Shown here piece after piece: positions 9,617-19,429 of a stretch of 64,000 nucleotides of DNA. This DNA is from Acidobacteriota bacterium (lineage in GTDB: Bacteria; Acidobacteriota; Polarisedimenticolia; JBFMGF01), in contig JBFMGF010000035.1 of NCBI GenBank assembly GCA_040752675.1, forward strand, positions 9,852 to 73,851. The letters run 5' to 3'. The number at the start of each line of letters is the position of its first letter. Positions within the stretch are counted from its first letter, which is position 1. Below the pieces are notes generated by a model, which did no database searches, was not told the origin of the DNA, and saw only the letters and a program-made list of their open reading frames with translations. The translations under genes and the position numbers were made by a program.

Positions 9617-10390
9617 GTGCTATATAGAAAAATCTTCTTTCAAGGTGGGGGTATCAGAATGAGAAGAAAGATTATTGAATTGAACTGGATGGAATTCAGA
9701 GAGATAGTCCCAAAAAAGATCGATTCTGTCATTCTTCCCGTAGGCACGATCGAAGCGCACGGAATCATCCCTCTCGGAACCGACGTCATTATCCCGGAGA
9801 AGCTTTCGGAGATCATAGCCGGCAGGATGAATATGCTCATCGCTCCGACGGTCAATTACGGCATCACCAGATCTCTCCTCCCTTATCCGGGCTCTATGAC
9901 CGTTTCGCCAGGATCGTTTGCGAACTACGTATTTGAAGTATGTACGGGACTTGTGGATGGAGGGTTCAGGAAGATCTTCATCATGAACGGTCACGGGGGA
10001 CAGAAAGATGAGTTGAGAACCCTTGTCAGGAAGCTCTGGGATGAGAGGAAAATCTTCTCTGCGGCGATTTCATGGTGGCTCCTATGTGAAGATATCGCGG
10101 AGGATATCTATGGCGAGGTAGGAGGTCATGCCGGGCTGGACGAAACGGCAGCGGTCCTGGCCATCGACGAAGGGCTCGTTCATAAGAAGAGGCTTAAGAA
10201 AATAAAGGGGATGCTTTTAAGGAATGGTGTCGTGGCGCAGCCTTTCCCGTCGAGCATAATCCTTTACAAGAAAGGGGAAGGGATGCCCCTCTTCGACAAA
10301 GAGAAGGCCAATCTTTTCTTCCGGAGAGCGGCCGATAGGGTCGTGGAAGTCATGAGAGAGATCATCTCCGGCTGGAGAAGAATAGAATAG
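9617..10390 (+). CDS. Creatininase-family amidohydrolase (creatinine amidohydrolase / MftE-like)
   Basis: PVGTIEAHG and NGHGGQ metal-binding motifs. The likely true start is a Met around 9659 (MRRKIIEL). Confidence 0.6.
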   Translation: MLYRKIFFQGGGIRMRRKIIELNWMEFREIVPKKIDSVILPVGTIEAHGIIPLGTDVIIPEKLSEIIAGRMNMLIAPTVNYGITRSLLPYPGSMTVSPGSFANYVFEVCTGLVDGGFRKIFIMNGHGGQKDELRTLVRKLWDERKIFSAAISWWLLCEDIAEDIYGEVGGHAGLDETAAVLAIDEGLVHKKRLKKIKGMLLRNGVVAQPFPSSIILYKKGEGMPLFDKEKANLFFRRAADRVVEVMREIISGWRRIE

Positions 10391-10394
10391 ATGC

Positions 10395-10482
10395 AAGGTT
10401 GCAGCTCACCGCTGGCTTTGTATAATTTCTATGTAAGGAAGGGGAAGGGAAGATCGGCCTAATCGGGAAAAGCTGCAACCTT
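10395..10482. repeat. Perfect 12-bp inverted repeat (AAGGTTGCAGCT / AGCTGCAACCTT) separated by 64 nt, in the convergent intergenic gap
   Basis: Arms at 10395..10406 and 10471..10482, read directly from the sequence. A second hairpin follows (GGAAGGTT 10533..10540 / AACCTTCC 10560..10567, then a T-run 10577..10582). Confidence 0.5.
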
Positions 10483-10580
10483 TAAAGCAAGGTAGCCGAT
10501 AAGGTGAAAACATCACTTGAGGAGATTTACTTGGAAGGTTTAACGGTAGGGCAGGACCGAACCTTCCCTCCCCCAATTTT

Positions 10581-11585
10581 TTAGACTCGTTTGTCTTTTC
10601 TTGCCTCCTTGGCTCCCCGTTCCGGGGCTTCCCTGAAAATTGACCCTCCATCGATTTCAGTTCTGTTCTTCCCTTTTTTCTTTGCCATGTAAAGCGCCGC
10701 ATCCGCAGAATGGATGAGCTCATCGGCATTTTTGATCATCGCATTGTCCGGGAAGGTAGCGATGCCGGCGCTTATCGTCATCGCCAGCGAGCTCTTCTCT
10801 TCTTTGAAGACGTGTACCGAGACGGCTTTCCGGATTCTCTCAGCTACCTGCTTCGCCATCTGGGCGTCGCTATTTGGAAGTATGACTGCGAACTCTTCTC
10901 CTCCATAGCGAGCCACGAAGTCTGTTTCACGGGCATTGGATTGGATAATCCGACCAACCTCCCGCAGTATCCTATCGCCCCTCTGATGGCCGTGAATGTC
11001 GTTGATTTCCTTGAAATCATCGAGATCGAGCATGATGATGGATAGGGACGTTCCGTATCTTTTCGTCCTCTTGAATTCCTCCTTGAGCTTGTTCAGGAAA
11101 TACCTGTGGTTGAAAAGGGAGGTCTTATCATCCGTGATTGCCATTTCCTTTAGCTTGAGATTCGTCTGATCGAGTTGAAGCTTCTTCTTCTCGAGTTCCA
11201 GGTAGAGTTCCCTCTTCCGAAGCATCGCCTTGATTCTGGCATCGACCTCTTCGAAATCGAAGGGCTTCGTCACATAGTCGTCCACTCCGATCCGGAATCC
11301 TTCGACTTTGTTCTTCATTTCATGCTTTGCCGTGAGCATGATGATCGGGATGGACCAGAACATGCTGTCTGCCTTCAACCTTCTGGCCACTTCCAGGCCG
11401 TCCAGCCCGGGCATAATGATGTCCAGGATGATCAGGTCCGGATGATGCTTCTCGACCATATCGAGCGCATGCTGGCCGTCGTAAGCTGAAATTATGTCGA
11501 GTCCCTCCCTCTCGAACCATCTGGCAAGGCAGTTCACGTTGTCCTTTTCGTCGTCAACTATTAGTATCTTGTTCTTCGGATTCAT
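10581..11585 (-). CDS. Response regulator with receiver plus GGDEF diguanylate cyclase domains (PleD/WspR-like)
   Basis: N-terminal receiver (ILIVDDE ... LIILDIIMPGLDG). GGEEF active site in RYGGEEFAVILPN with an RxxD I-site (RETD) five residues upstream. Starts 10 bp after the ftsZ stop. Confidence 0.85.
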   Translation of the reverse strand: MNPKNKILIVDDEKDNVNCLARWFEREGLDIISAYDGQHALDMVEKHHPDLIILDIIMPGLDGLEVARRLKADSMFWSIPIIMLTAKHEMKNKVEGFRIGVDDYVTKPFDFEEVDARIKAMLRKRELYLELEKKKLQLDQTNLKLKEMAITDDKTSLFNHRYFLNKLKEEFKRTKRYGTSLSIIMLDLDDFKEINDIHGHQRGDRILREVGRIIQSNARETDFVARYGGEEFAVILPNSDAQMAKQVAERIRKAVSVHVFKEEKSSLAMTISAGIATFPDNAMIKNADELIHSADAALYMAKKKGKNRTEIDGGSIFREAPERGAKEARKDKRV

Positions 11586-11595
11586 GTGGGACCTC

Positions 11596-12810
11596 TCAAT
11601 CTGTGTGTTTCCTTAAAAAAGTCGGGACTTCAAGGTCGTCCATCGTTCGGCCGATGTTAGGGGAGAAACCGCCACCTCCCTCGCTTCCGAAACGATAGAA
11701 GATATGATGTCCCTTCCTGTGATGGGAGGGGGCGCTGGGATGCGTTCCCTCTGTGATAGGGATCTCCAGAAGCTGCTGCTGGGACTGTTTCTGGACGGAG
11801 ATGGAATCCTTGAATCCGGTCGCAATGACAGTCAGCTTGATCTCATCCTTCATCTCCTTCTTGATGACCATCCCGAGTATGATGTTGGCATCGGGATCGA
11901 CCGATTCGTGGATGATCTTGGCGGCCTCTTCCACTTCGGATAGGGCCATGTCTTCGCCACCAGTGATGTTAAGGAGTACTCCTCTTGCTCCCTTGATCGA
12001 TGTGTCTTCGAGGAGGGGAGAAGAAATGGCTCTCTGTGCTGCCTCCACTGCCCTGTTTTCCCCGCTCGCCACTCCCGTTCCCATGAGAGCAATTCCCATC
12101 CCCTTCATGATCGTCTTTACGTCAGCAAAGTCGTGGTTTATGACGCCGGGGATGGTGATGAGGTCAGAGATTCCCTGCACTGCCTGTCTCAGGATATCGT
12201 CCGCCATCAGGAAGGCTACAGGGAGCGGGGTTGATTTATCGACGGTGTGCAGGAGTCTGTCATTCGGGATGGTGATGACCGTATCAACTTTGTTCTTGAG
12301 ATCAATAAGCCCTTTTTCGGCTTGCTCCTTTCTCTTCTTTCCCTCGAAGTAGAAAGGTTTGGTGACGACGGCCACTACGAGAGACCCCATGTCGCTGGCT
12401 ATCTTGGCAATAACGGGCGCTCCACCAGTCCCTGTCCCGCCACCAAGTCCTGCGGTCACGAAAACCATGTCGGTGCCTGTGATGCAGTCTGCGATCTTGT
12501 TGCTATCCTCTTCTGCAGCCTGACGACCCACTTCGGGATTGGAACCACTTCCTCTCCCTCTTGTGACATTCGTACCTATCTGAACTTTGACGGGGGCCTT
12601 GTTGTTGTTGAGAGCCTGGCAGTCCGTGTTCACTGCGATGAATTCAACGCCTCCGACGTTGGCATTGATCATCCTTTCGACTGCGTTGCAGCCTCCTCCC
12701 CCAACACCGATCACCTTGATGACGGCGCCGTGAAGACTCTCATCAAACACGAGATTCAACTTCTTTGGTTTTCGCTGATCGTTTCCAAATGTGATCATGT
12801 TCCGCCTCAT
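11596..12810 (-). CDS. ftsZ: Cell division GTPase FtsZ
   Basis: Tubulin signature GGGTGTG in [16 protein letters not shown] and N-terminal [10 protein letters not shown]. Confidence 0.95.
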   Translation of the reverse strand: MRRNMITFGNDQRKPKKLNLVFDESLHGAVIKVIGVGGGGCNAVERMINANVGGVEFIAVNTDCQALNNNKAPVKVQIGTNVTRGRGSGSNPEVGRQAAEEDSNKIADCITGTDMVFVTAGLGGGTGTGGAPVIAKIASDMGSLVVAVVTKPFYFEGKKRKEQAEKGLIDLKNKVDTVITIPNDRLLHTVDKSTPLPVAFLMADDILRQAVQGISDLITIPGVINHDFADVKTIMKGMGIALMGTGVASGENRAVEAAQRAISSPLLEDTSIKGARGVLLNITGGEDMALSEVEEAAKIIHESVDPDANIILGMVIKKEMKDEIKLTVIATGFKDSISVQKQSQQQLLEIPITEGTHPSAPSHHRKGHHIFYRFGSEGGGGFSPNIGRTMDDLEVPTFLRKHTD

Positions 12811-12825
12811 AACAATTTGGTTGTT

Positions 12826-14106
12826 TTAAAACATGCCCCGAAACGCTTCCTGTAATTTCTTTATCGTTTTCGTAATGACCGATGGTTGTTCTGTCCTCCT
12901 CTTGGTTCCGAACTTCCATCCATAGAGGACAAGCCCGATAGCAGTGCTGTATGCCGGGCTGTTGACCACGTCGATAAGCCCCCCGATGTTCATCGGAACG
13001 CCACGCCGCACCGGCATGCCGAGGACCTGCTCCGCGACGTCCGTCATCCCCTGCATGATGCAGCCCCCGCCCGACAGAACAACCCCGGCGTTCAAGTAAT
13101 TTTCAAATCCGGTCCTCTTGATCTCATCATGGACGATCTGGAAGATCTCTTCTGCCCTGGGCTGGATGATCCCACAGAGAACCTGCTGGGAGACCATCGT
13201 AGGTTTGTTGTTCCCTATGGCCGGAACCTCCAGGGGCTGATCTTCTTCGAGCAGAGTGCTCAGCGCGCATCCATACTTCTTTTTAATCTTCTCGGCATCT
13301 GGAATAGAGGTGTGCAACCCAACGGCGATATCGTTCGTAAAATTGTCGCCTCCAAGTGGAAAAACGCTTGTGTGCCATGCGGCTCCTTTCTCATAGATGG
13401 AGAGATTGCTCGTTCCTCCTCCGATGTCGATGAGGGCGACGCCGAGCTCCTTCTCATCAGGGATCAGGATGGCTTCGCTCGCGGCAAATTGCTCAAGGAT
13501 GATATCAATTACCTCAATCCCGGCACCGTTGACGCTGGACATCAAGTTCTGGATAGAAGAGATGAGGGCGGTGACGATGTGGACGTTCACCTCCAGACGG
13601 GAGCCGTTCAGGCTGAGAGGATCTTCGATCCCACCCATGTCATCAACGATATATTCCTGGGGCAGAACATGGATGATCTCTCTCTCCTGGGGGATGGTAA
13701 CAGTCTCGGCATGCTCGATAACCCTCTTAATGTCGTCTTTGGTTACCATCTTGTCCTTCCCGGAGATGGCTACGACGCCGCGGCTATTGAAGCTCTTTAT
13801 GTGCGAGCCTGCGATCCCAACGTAGGCTTTCTCGACGGCAAATCCGGACATGAGTTCCGCCTCTTCAACGGCATTCTTGATCGCCTTGATGGTTTCATCG
13901 AGGTTGACGACTACCCCCTTTCGCATCCCGCGAGATGGGACTGTTCCCACGCCTATGACCTCGAGAAGGGAGTTTTCCTTGATCTCGGCAATGACACAGC
14001 AGATCTTCGTCGTTCCGATGTCGATTCCGATAATGTAGTTCTCGTTTTTAGGCATGGCACTCACCTTATGAATGAAATCGGTTTGACAACAACACGATTC
14101 TTCCAT
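12826..14106 (-). CDS. ftsA: Cell division protein FtsA
   Basis: Actin-like ATPase: IIGIDIGTTKICCVIAE, DIGGGTSNLSIY and VLSGGG motifs. The true start is probably MPKNENYIIGIDIGT, which makes the ftsQ overlap smaller. Confidence 0.9.
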   Translation of the reverse strand: MEESCCCQTDFIHKVSAMPKNENYIIGIDIGTTKICCVIAEIKENSLLEVIGVGTVPSRGMRKGVVVNLDETIKAIKNAVEEAELMSGFAVEKAYVGIAGSHIKSFNSRGVVAISGKDKMVTKDDIKRVIEHAETVTIPQEREIIHVLPQEYIVDDMGGIEDPLSLNGSRLEVNVHIVTALISSIQNLMSSVNGAGIEVIDIILEQFAASEAILIPDEKELGVALIDIGGGTSNLSIYEKGAAWHTSVFPLGGDNFTNDIAVGLHTSIPDAEKIKKKYGCALSTLLEEDQPLEVPAIGNNKPTMVSQQVLCGIIQPRAEEIFQIVHDEIKRTGFENYLNAGVVLSGGGCIMQGMTDVAEQVLGMPVRRGVPMNIGGLIDVVNSPAYSTAIGLVLYGWKFGTKRRTEQPSVITKTIKKLQEAFRGMF

Positions 14107-14891
14107 CTCAGATCAATGTATTCTACGTTATCGAACTGCCTGGCGATGTCGTCCTTGATGGAAAGGTAATGGTCTATGTTCTCATCGAAGGTTTCTTCGT
14201 CCAGATAGAGGATAGGGCTACCATCGGTAAATCGGACCTGGAAATAGTGTCCTTTGCAGACGTTGATCTCGGAGACCATGTCCATCATGGATGGTCTCGC
14301 ATCTCTGATCGTTTCAAGCATGGCGATGCCTCTCTTGATCCGCAGGACAGATTCTTCCAAGTTATCCGTCTCCGCTCCTATTAGTATGGGGAAATCGAAT
14401 TTGGAATATTCAGGCTTCAGGAAATCGATAGGAACGGCATTCCGGTCGATCAGATAGATCTCTTCCTTCCAGAGGAGAAGAGCGACCGGTTCTCTCTCTT
14501 TGATCTCGATCTCAATCTTCGATGGGAGGTTCTTCTTGATGGCGGCATCTTCCACCCAGGGATTTTCTTTGAGTCTCTTCTTTAGCTGTTCGAGATCGAT
14601 GGTGAAGATGTTCGTTCTCAGGATGCTGGCGATGGAGGATTTCAGTTCGTCGCATGAAGAATAGTTGCAACCCATGATCTTTATATTCATGACGTCGTAC
14701 TCGGGAGAGGAGATGAAATAGAGATACCCTTCCTTGAATCCAAAGGCCAGTCCTGCGATGACGATTGATAGAAACAGGAAGAAAAGGATCAGTTTCAGGA
14801 TCCCCTTCCTCGTTCTCCTCCTTCGGACGAGGAGGTTGCCCCTCATGTACCGTCGATCCTTGCCTAGCTCTTTTTCGTTCAGATAATCCAT
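14061..14891 (-). CDS. ftsQ: Cell division protein FtsQ/DivIB (POTRA domain)
   Basis: Single N-terminal TM followed by a POTRA-like periplasmic domain; sits between murB and ftsA in the dcw cluster. Confidence 0.7.
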   Translation of the reverse strand: MDYLNEKELGKDRRYMRGNLLVRRRRTRKGILKLILFFLFLSIVIAGLAFGFKEGYLYFISSPEYDVMNIKIMGCNYSSCDELKSSIASILRTNIFTIDLEQLKKRLKENPWVEDAAIKKNLPSKIEIEIKEREPVALLLWKEEIYLIDRNAVPIDFLKPEYSKFDFPILIGAETDNLEESVLRIKRGIAMLETIRDARPSMMDMVSEINVCKGHYFQVRFTDGSPILYLDEETFDENIDHYLSIKDDIARQFDNVEYIDLRWKNRVVVKPISFIR

Positions 14892-14912
14892 AGATTCAAA
14901 ATGACTAATGTC

Positions 14913-15857
14913 TCATCGTCGCCAGATGACTACTTCTTCTTCGAGAAGGATCCCGGCTTTCATCAGAACCACTTCCTTCACTTTGTCGATAAGCCAGAAA
15001 ATATCGTCAGCGTCTGCCTCGCCCATGTTCACGATGAAGTTGGCATGAACTGGCGAGATGATGGCGCCACCCCTTGTCAATCCTTTTAATCCAACTGATT
15101 CGATGATCCGCCCGGCATGGTCCCCCTCCGGATTCTTGAAGATGCATCCGGAACTTCTCACCCCCTGCGGCTGGCTCCGTCTCCTCCTTTCTCTAACCTC
15201 ATCCATCTTTGCAAGGATTTCTTCTCGCTCTCTCGGCATGAATTCGAAAAGGATCTCTGTTAGAATTGATCCGGATGAAAGAGGGGATTTTCTATAGCTG
15301 AAGTCGCCTTGGGATACTTTCCTGCGCAGAGCCCTGCCAGTTCTATCGATGTAAGAGATCTCTCTGATGAACTCAGAAATGGAATGACCGTATGAACCGG
15401 CATTCATCATGACGGCTCCTCCAAGAGAACCCGGAATGCCCTCGGCGAACTCCAGACCGCCGAGTCCTGATTCGGCAAGGCTCCTGATGAGTCTGGAGAT
15501 GGATAACCCGGATGAGGCTCGAACGAAATTCCCTTCTGTCCGAACCGTCCTCTCCAGGGTGTCCGTTGCGATGACGACATCCTCCAGATCCTCGTCTCCG
15601 GCAACGATGTTCGTACCCGCTCCCAGAATGTGGAAGGAGAGGTCATTTGCATGGAATTCACGGATAATCCTCTCCATGGAAATGATAGTTGACGGAAAGA
15701 CCATATAGGAAACCTTTCCGCCAACTCCCATGGACAAGATGTCTTTCAGGAGCCGATCTTTCCTGACCTCTGCTCCGTAATCGGCCGCGATCTGTTCCAC
15801 GATGCTTTTCCCTATCGCAATCATTCCTCCTTCAATCCTCCTTTTTATGCTGTGCAA
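14913..15857 (-). CDS. murB: UDP-N-acetylenolpyruvoylglucosamine reductase MurB
   Basis: FAD-binding GAGTNIV motif and a C-terminal MurB domain; dcw context. Confidence 0.85.
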   Translation of the reverse strand: MHSIKRRIEGGMIAIGKSIVEQIAADYGAEVRKDRLLKDILSMGVGGKVSYMVFPSTIISMERIIREFHANDLSFHILGAGTNIVAGDEDLEDVVIATDTLERTVRTEGNFVRASSGLSISRLIRSLAESGLGGLEFAEGIPGSLGGAVMMNAGSYGHSISEFIREISYIDRTGRALRRKVSQGDFSYRKSPLSSGSILTEILFEFMPREREEILAKMDEVRERRRRSQPQGVRSSGCIFKNPEGDHAGRIIESVGLKGLTRGGAIISPVHANFIVNMGEADADDIFWLIDKVKEVVLMKAGILLEEEVVIWRR

Positions 15858-17226
15858 GGAGTTTCAGGAAAGCATCCCCGACTCTCCAGACGTTGCCGGC
15901 ACCCAGAGTGATGACCATGTCTTTCTTCTGAACTACCTTCATCAGATATGGAGGGATCTCCTCGGGCTTTTTTATGTAGACCACATCTTTGAGATGACTA
16001 CTCTCTCTTCTGATCCTGTCTGCAAGCAGCTCTCCCGTGACTCCCTGGATCGGTTTTTCTCCAGCAGGATATATCTCAGTGACGATCAGGAAGTCTGTAT
16101 GTTTGAAGGAGTGAGCGAACTCATCCATTAGAGCGCTGACCCTGGTGTAGCGGTGCGGCTGGAAGACGGTAACCAGTCTCCTGTTCCATCCCTGTTTCGC
16201 CGTGGCCAGCGTGGAGATTATCTCTGTCGGATGATGGCCGTAATCATCGACGACCATGATGGAATCAATCTCACCTCTCAGGTGAAAGCGCCTCTCTGCG
16301 CCGCGGAACGCTCCGAGCACCTTCGCAATCTTCTTGAATTCGATGTCGAATTCGAGGCCGACGGCAAGAGCCGCGAGCGAGTTCAGAATGCTGTGTCTGC
16401 CCGGCACCCTGAGAGTCACCTTCCCCAGTTTCTTCCCTCTTAGATATGCGGTATAAGCAGACTGGAATTGATCGAATGTTAAGTTGCATGCATGGAGGTC
16501 TGCCTTCTCGTTGAATCCATAGGTGACAATCTTCCTGTCAAGCCTCGGCATGATCTTTTGAATGTTCCTGTCGTCAAGGCAGATGATGCCGACGCCATAG
16601 AAGGGGATCCTGTTCAGGAAACGAACGAAGGCGTTCATGATCTCATCGAGGTTCATGTAATAGTCCAGGTGCTCCTTGTCGATGTTGGTTACGATGGCAA
16701 TGATCGGACTGAGTTTCAGGAAAGAGCCATCACTCTCATCCGCCTCTGCAACCAGGAAGTCTCCTTTGCCAAGCTTCGCACTGCTTCTAAGTATGCCGAG
16801 CTTTCCACCGATGACGATGGTCGGATCGAAACCGCAACGGGAAAGGATGGTCGCCACCATGGAAGTGGTCGACGTCTTTCCATGCGATCCTGCGATGGCA
16901 ATGCCGTATTTCATCCTCATCAGCTCGGCGAGCATCTCTGCCCTCGGAATGACAGGGATCTTCCTCCTTATGGCTTCCCGGACCTCGATGTTGTCACTAT
17001 CGATGGCAGAAGAGACGACGACGACGTCCGGGTTCTTGATGTTTGTTTCCCTGTGCCCGATGGCGATCTTCCCTCCCAGTTTCCTCAGCCTCTTGATGAT
17101 AGGGGAAAAAGTGATGTCGGAACCAGTCACAGCGTAATTCAGGTTCAACAAAACTTCGGCGATTCCACTCATTCCGATTCCCCCGATACCAATAAAATGA
17201 ATGTTGTGAGCTTTCCGGAACTTCAT
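15832..17226 (-). CDS. murC: UDP-N-acetylmuramate--L-alanine ligase MurC
   Basis: IHFIGIGGIGMSGIA N-terminus and Mur ligase P-loop GSHGKTSTTSM. Confidence 0.9.
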   Translation of the reverse strand: MKFRKAHNIHFIGIGGIGMSGIAEVLLNLNYAVTGSDITFSPIIKRLRKLGGKIAIGHRETNIKNPDVVVVSSAIDSDNIEVREAIRRKIPVIPRAEMLAELMRMKYGIAIAGSHGKTSTTSMVATILSRCGFDPTIVIGGKLGILRSSAKLGKGDFLVAEADESDGSFLKLSPIIAIVTNIDKEHLDYYMNLDEIMNAFVRFLNRIPFYGVGIICLDDRNIQKIMPRLDRKIVTYGFNEKADLHACNLTFDQFQSAYTAYLRGKKLGKVTLRVPGRHSILNSLAALAVGLEFDIEFKKIAKVLGAFRGAERRFHLRGEIDSIMVVDDYGHHPTEIISTLATAKQGWNRRLVTVFQPHRYTRVSALMDEFAHSFKHTDFLIVTEIYPAGEKPIQGVTGELLADRIRRESSHLKDVVYIKKPEEIPPYLMKVVQKKDMVITLGAGNVWRVGDAFLKLLAQHKKED

Positions 17227-18335
17227 CTCCCAGCCATCAATCTCTCAGCCATGTCTGCAATCTTCTCAGCGGCACCACCTCTGTGCAGGGAGGCCGCATT
17301 CTTTTCCATCTCACCGATTCGTGATGGATCGTCTATGAACCCCTTTAATGTTTCGGCAACGTACGCTCCGGAGAATTCGGCATCCTCGCACACGAAAGCT
17401 GCTTTAGCCTTGAGGAGAGCTTCCGCATTTCTTCGCTGATGATCATGGGCGGCGAATGGAAAGGGAACAAGGATGGAAGCCTTACCCGCAGCCGTGATCT
17501 CCGTGATGGTCGAAGCTCCTGCCCTCGATATGACAATGTCGGCATGCTCGAATCTCTTTGGCATGTCAGTGATGAATTCCAGAACTTCCGCTTCCACACC
17601 CTGTCTGATGTAAGCTTGCCGGACAGTTTCCAGTTCGGCGCCTCCCGTTTGGTGGGTGATTCGCAATCTGTCTTTGAAACTCCTCAGGAGGGGTAGAGCT
17701 TCCACCATCCCCTTGTTCAGCGTTCTGGAGCCCTGACTCCCACCGGAGACGAGGACAGATAGCTTGTCGCTGCGCTCTTTCTTTCTCAATGACGTGAAAT
17801 CATTTCTCACGGGATTTCCTGTGTTCGTAACTTTTCCGTACAGATACTTTCTTGATTCTTCGAAGGAGACGGCCACTTCCTTTACGAGCATGGAAAGGAT
17901 CCTGTTGGTGAGTCCAGGGAAGAGGTTCTGCTCTTGGATCATCGTCGGGATTCGCAGGATCCAGGCGGAGATTATCACAGGGCCGGATACGTAACCGCCG
18001 GCTCCGATGACGATGGCCGGTCTGAGCCTCCTCAGATCTCCAAGGCATTCAAAGAATGAGTGGAGTGCCGTTAGGAATCCCAGGACTTTTTTCGAGAGTT
18101 TCTTTCCGGTTATGCCGCACACATCCAGTTCAATGAGTTCGAAACCTTCTGGAGGGATGAGCCTTCTCTCGAGTCCCCTGTTGCTGCCGATGAAGACAAT
18201 CCTTCTCGAACCATCCCTCTTCTTCAACTCCCGTGCCATGGAGATGGCGGGGAGGATATGTCCTCCAGTTCCCCCTGCCGCAATCACAATGATTTCCTTT
18301 CTCTCATTCACGAACGCCCCTGGTCTTTCCTTCAA
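17223..18335 (-). CDS. murG: UDP-GlcNAc:undecaprenyl-PP-MurNAc-pentapeptide GlcNAc transferase MurG
   Basis: IVIAAGGTGGHILPA N-terminal motif and GT28 family architecture. Confidence 0.9.
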   Translation of the reverse strand: MKERPGAFVNERKEIIVIAAGGTGGHILPAISMARELKKRDGSRRIVFIGSNRGLERRLIPPEGFELIELDVCGITGKKLSKKVLGFLTALHSFFECLGDLRRLRPAIVIGAGGYVSGPVIISAWILRIPTMIQEQNLFPGLTNRILSMLVKEVAVSFEESRKYLYGKVTNTGNPVRNDFTSLRKKERSDKLSVLVSGGSQGSRTLNKGMVEALPLLRSFKDRLRITHQTGGAELETVRQAYIRQGVEAEVLEFITDMPKRFEHADIVISRAGASTITEITAAGKASILVPFPFAAHDHQRRNAEALLKAKAAFVCEDAEFSGAYVAETLKGFIDDPSRIGEMEKNAASLHRGGAAEKIADMAERLMAGR

Positions 18336-19429
18336 CTCGAGTGCTGCGAGATGTTGAGAAGTATCCCCGCACCGATCAGATTGACGATGATGGACGATCC
18401 TCCGTAGCTGATGAATGGGAGAGTTATCCCCTTCGTCGGCACTAGCCCCGTCGCAACGGCTATGTTGAGAAACGCCTGCACAACGATCATCGATGTAATC
18501 CCCATTCCGAGGTAATAGCCAAAGAGGTCATGGATCCTGGCGGAGGATATCACTCCTCTCCAGAGCAAGACCAGAAAGGCTACCACCACCAAAACGGCTC
18601 CAATGAGGCCGAACTCCTCTCCAACGACCGAGTAGATGAAGTCAGTATGGGGATCTGGAAGGAAAAAGGCCTTCTGCTGTCCGGAGCCGAAATGTTTCCC
18701 CGTTATTCCGCCGCTTCCAATTGCGATGAGAGACTGATTCAACTGGTATCCTGAGCCGAGCGGGTCAGCATCCGGGGATAGATATGCAAAGATCCTGCTT
18801 ATCCTGTAAGGAGCTGTGGCTACCATCAGGGCCATGGCGGCGAGTCCGGCTGCCCCGATGATTGTTATCTGTTTGTATCTCATCCCGGCGAGAAAGAACA
18901 TGATGCCTGAAATTAAAAGCAGTATGAAGGCCGTTCCGAAGTCTGGCTCAATGGCGATTATGAGGGACATCCCTCCCACTACAAGAAGGCAGGGTCCGTA
19001 GATCTCCTTAAGATCGTTCTGGCGGTGTTGTTTCAGTTCAAGCCAGTAGGCCACGAAGAAGATGGCGGCCAGCTTGGCAAATTCCGAAGGCTGGATGGAG
19101 AAGAATCCGAGAGAGAACCACCGCCGCGTCCCGTGAATAGGAGGCATTGTCAGAACAAACAGAAGAAGGGCGGAAGTCACGATCAGGAAGATGTTGATGA
19201 ACCACTTCTTCTTGTATATTCTGTAATCGAGATTCATAATCAGATAGAGGAGTAACATTCCCGCGAGGACGAAGATGATCTGCCTGATGAGGAAATGATA
19301 GGAATTCCCCATCTGCTTCATGGCGACGTAATATGAGGCGCTTCCAACCATCAGTATCCCGAAGATGGAGAGAACAGTCGTCGTGATGAAGAGAACTTTG
19401 TCGGATGATAACTTCTTAGGCATCCCCAA
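18332..19429 (-). CDS. ftsW: Peptidoglycan glycosyltransferase FtsW (SEDS family)
   Basis: Ten predicted TM helices with SEDS motifs (GSGYQLNQSLIAIGSGG, PDPHTDFI); dcw position between murD and murG. Confidence 0.85.
   Translation of the reverse strand: MGMPKKLSSDKVLFITTTVLSIFGILMVGSASYYVAMKQMGNSYHFLIRQIIFVLAGMLLLYLIMNLDYRIYKKKWFINIFLIVTSALLLFVLTMPPIHGTRRWFSLGFFSIQPSEFAKLAAIFFVAYWLELKQHRQNDLKEIYGPCLLVVGGMSLIIAIEPDFGTAFILLLISGIMFFLAGMRYKQITIIGAAGLAAMALMVATAPYRISRIFAYLSPDADPLGSGYQLNQSLIAIGSGGITGKHFGSGQQKAFFLPDPHTDFIYSVVGEEFGLIGAVLVVVAFLVLLWRGVISSARIHDLFGYYLGMGITSMIVVQAFLNIAVATGLVPTKGITLPFISYGGSSIIVNLIGAGILLNISQHSS

Noticed and set aside
12886-14169. Long + strand ORF (427 aa) across ftsA, and similar long antisense ORFs (5670..6542, 16492..17439, 11753..12352, 40676..41470, 60597..61268)
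   Set aside because: Each is antisense to a strongly motif-supported gene (ftsA, CocE/NonD hydrolase, murC, ftsZ, M1 peptidase, rmuC) and shows low-complexity, motif-free translation. These are typical shadow ORFs.
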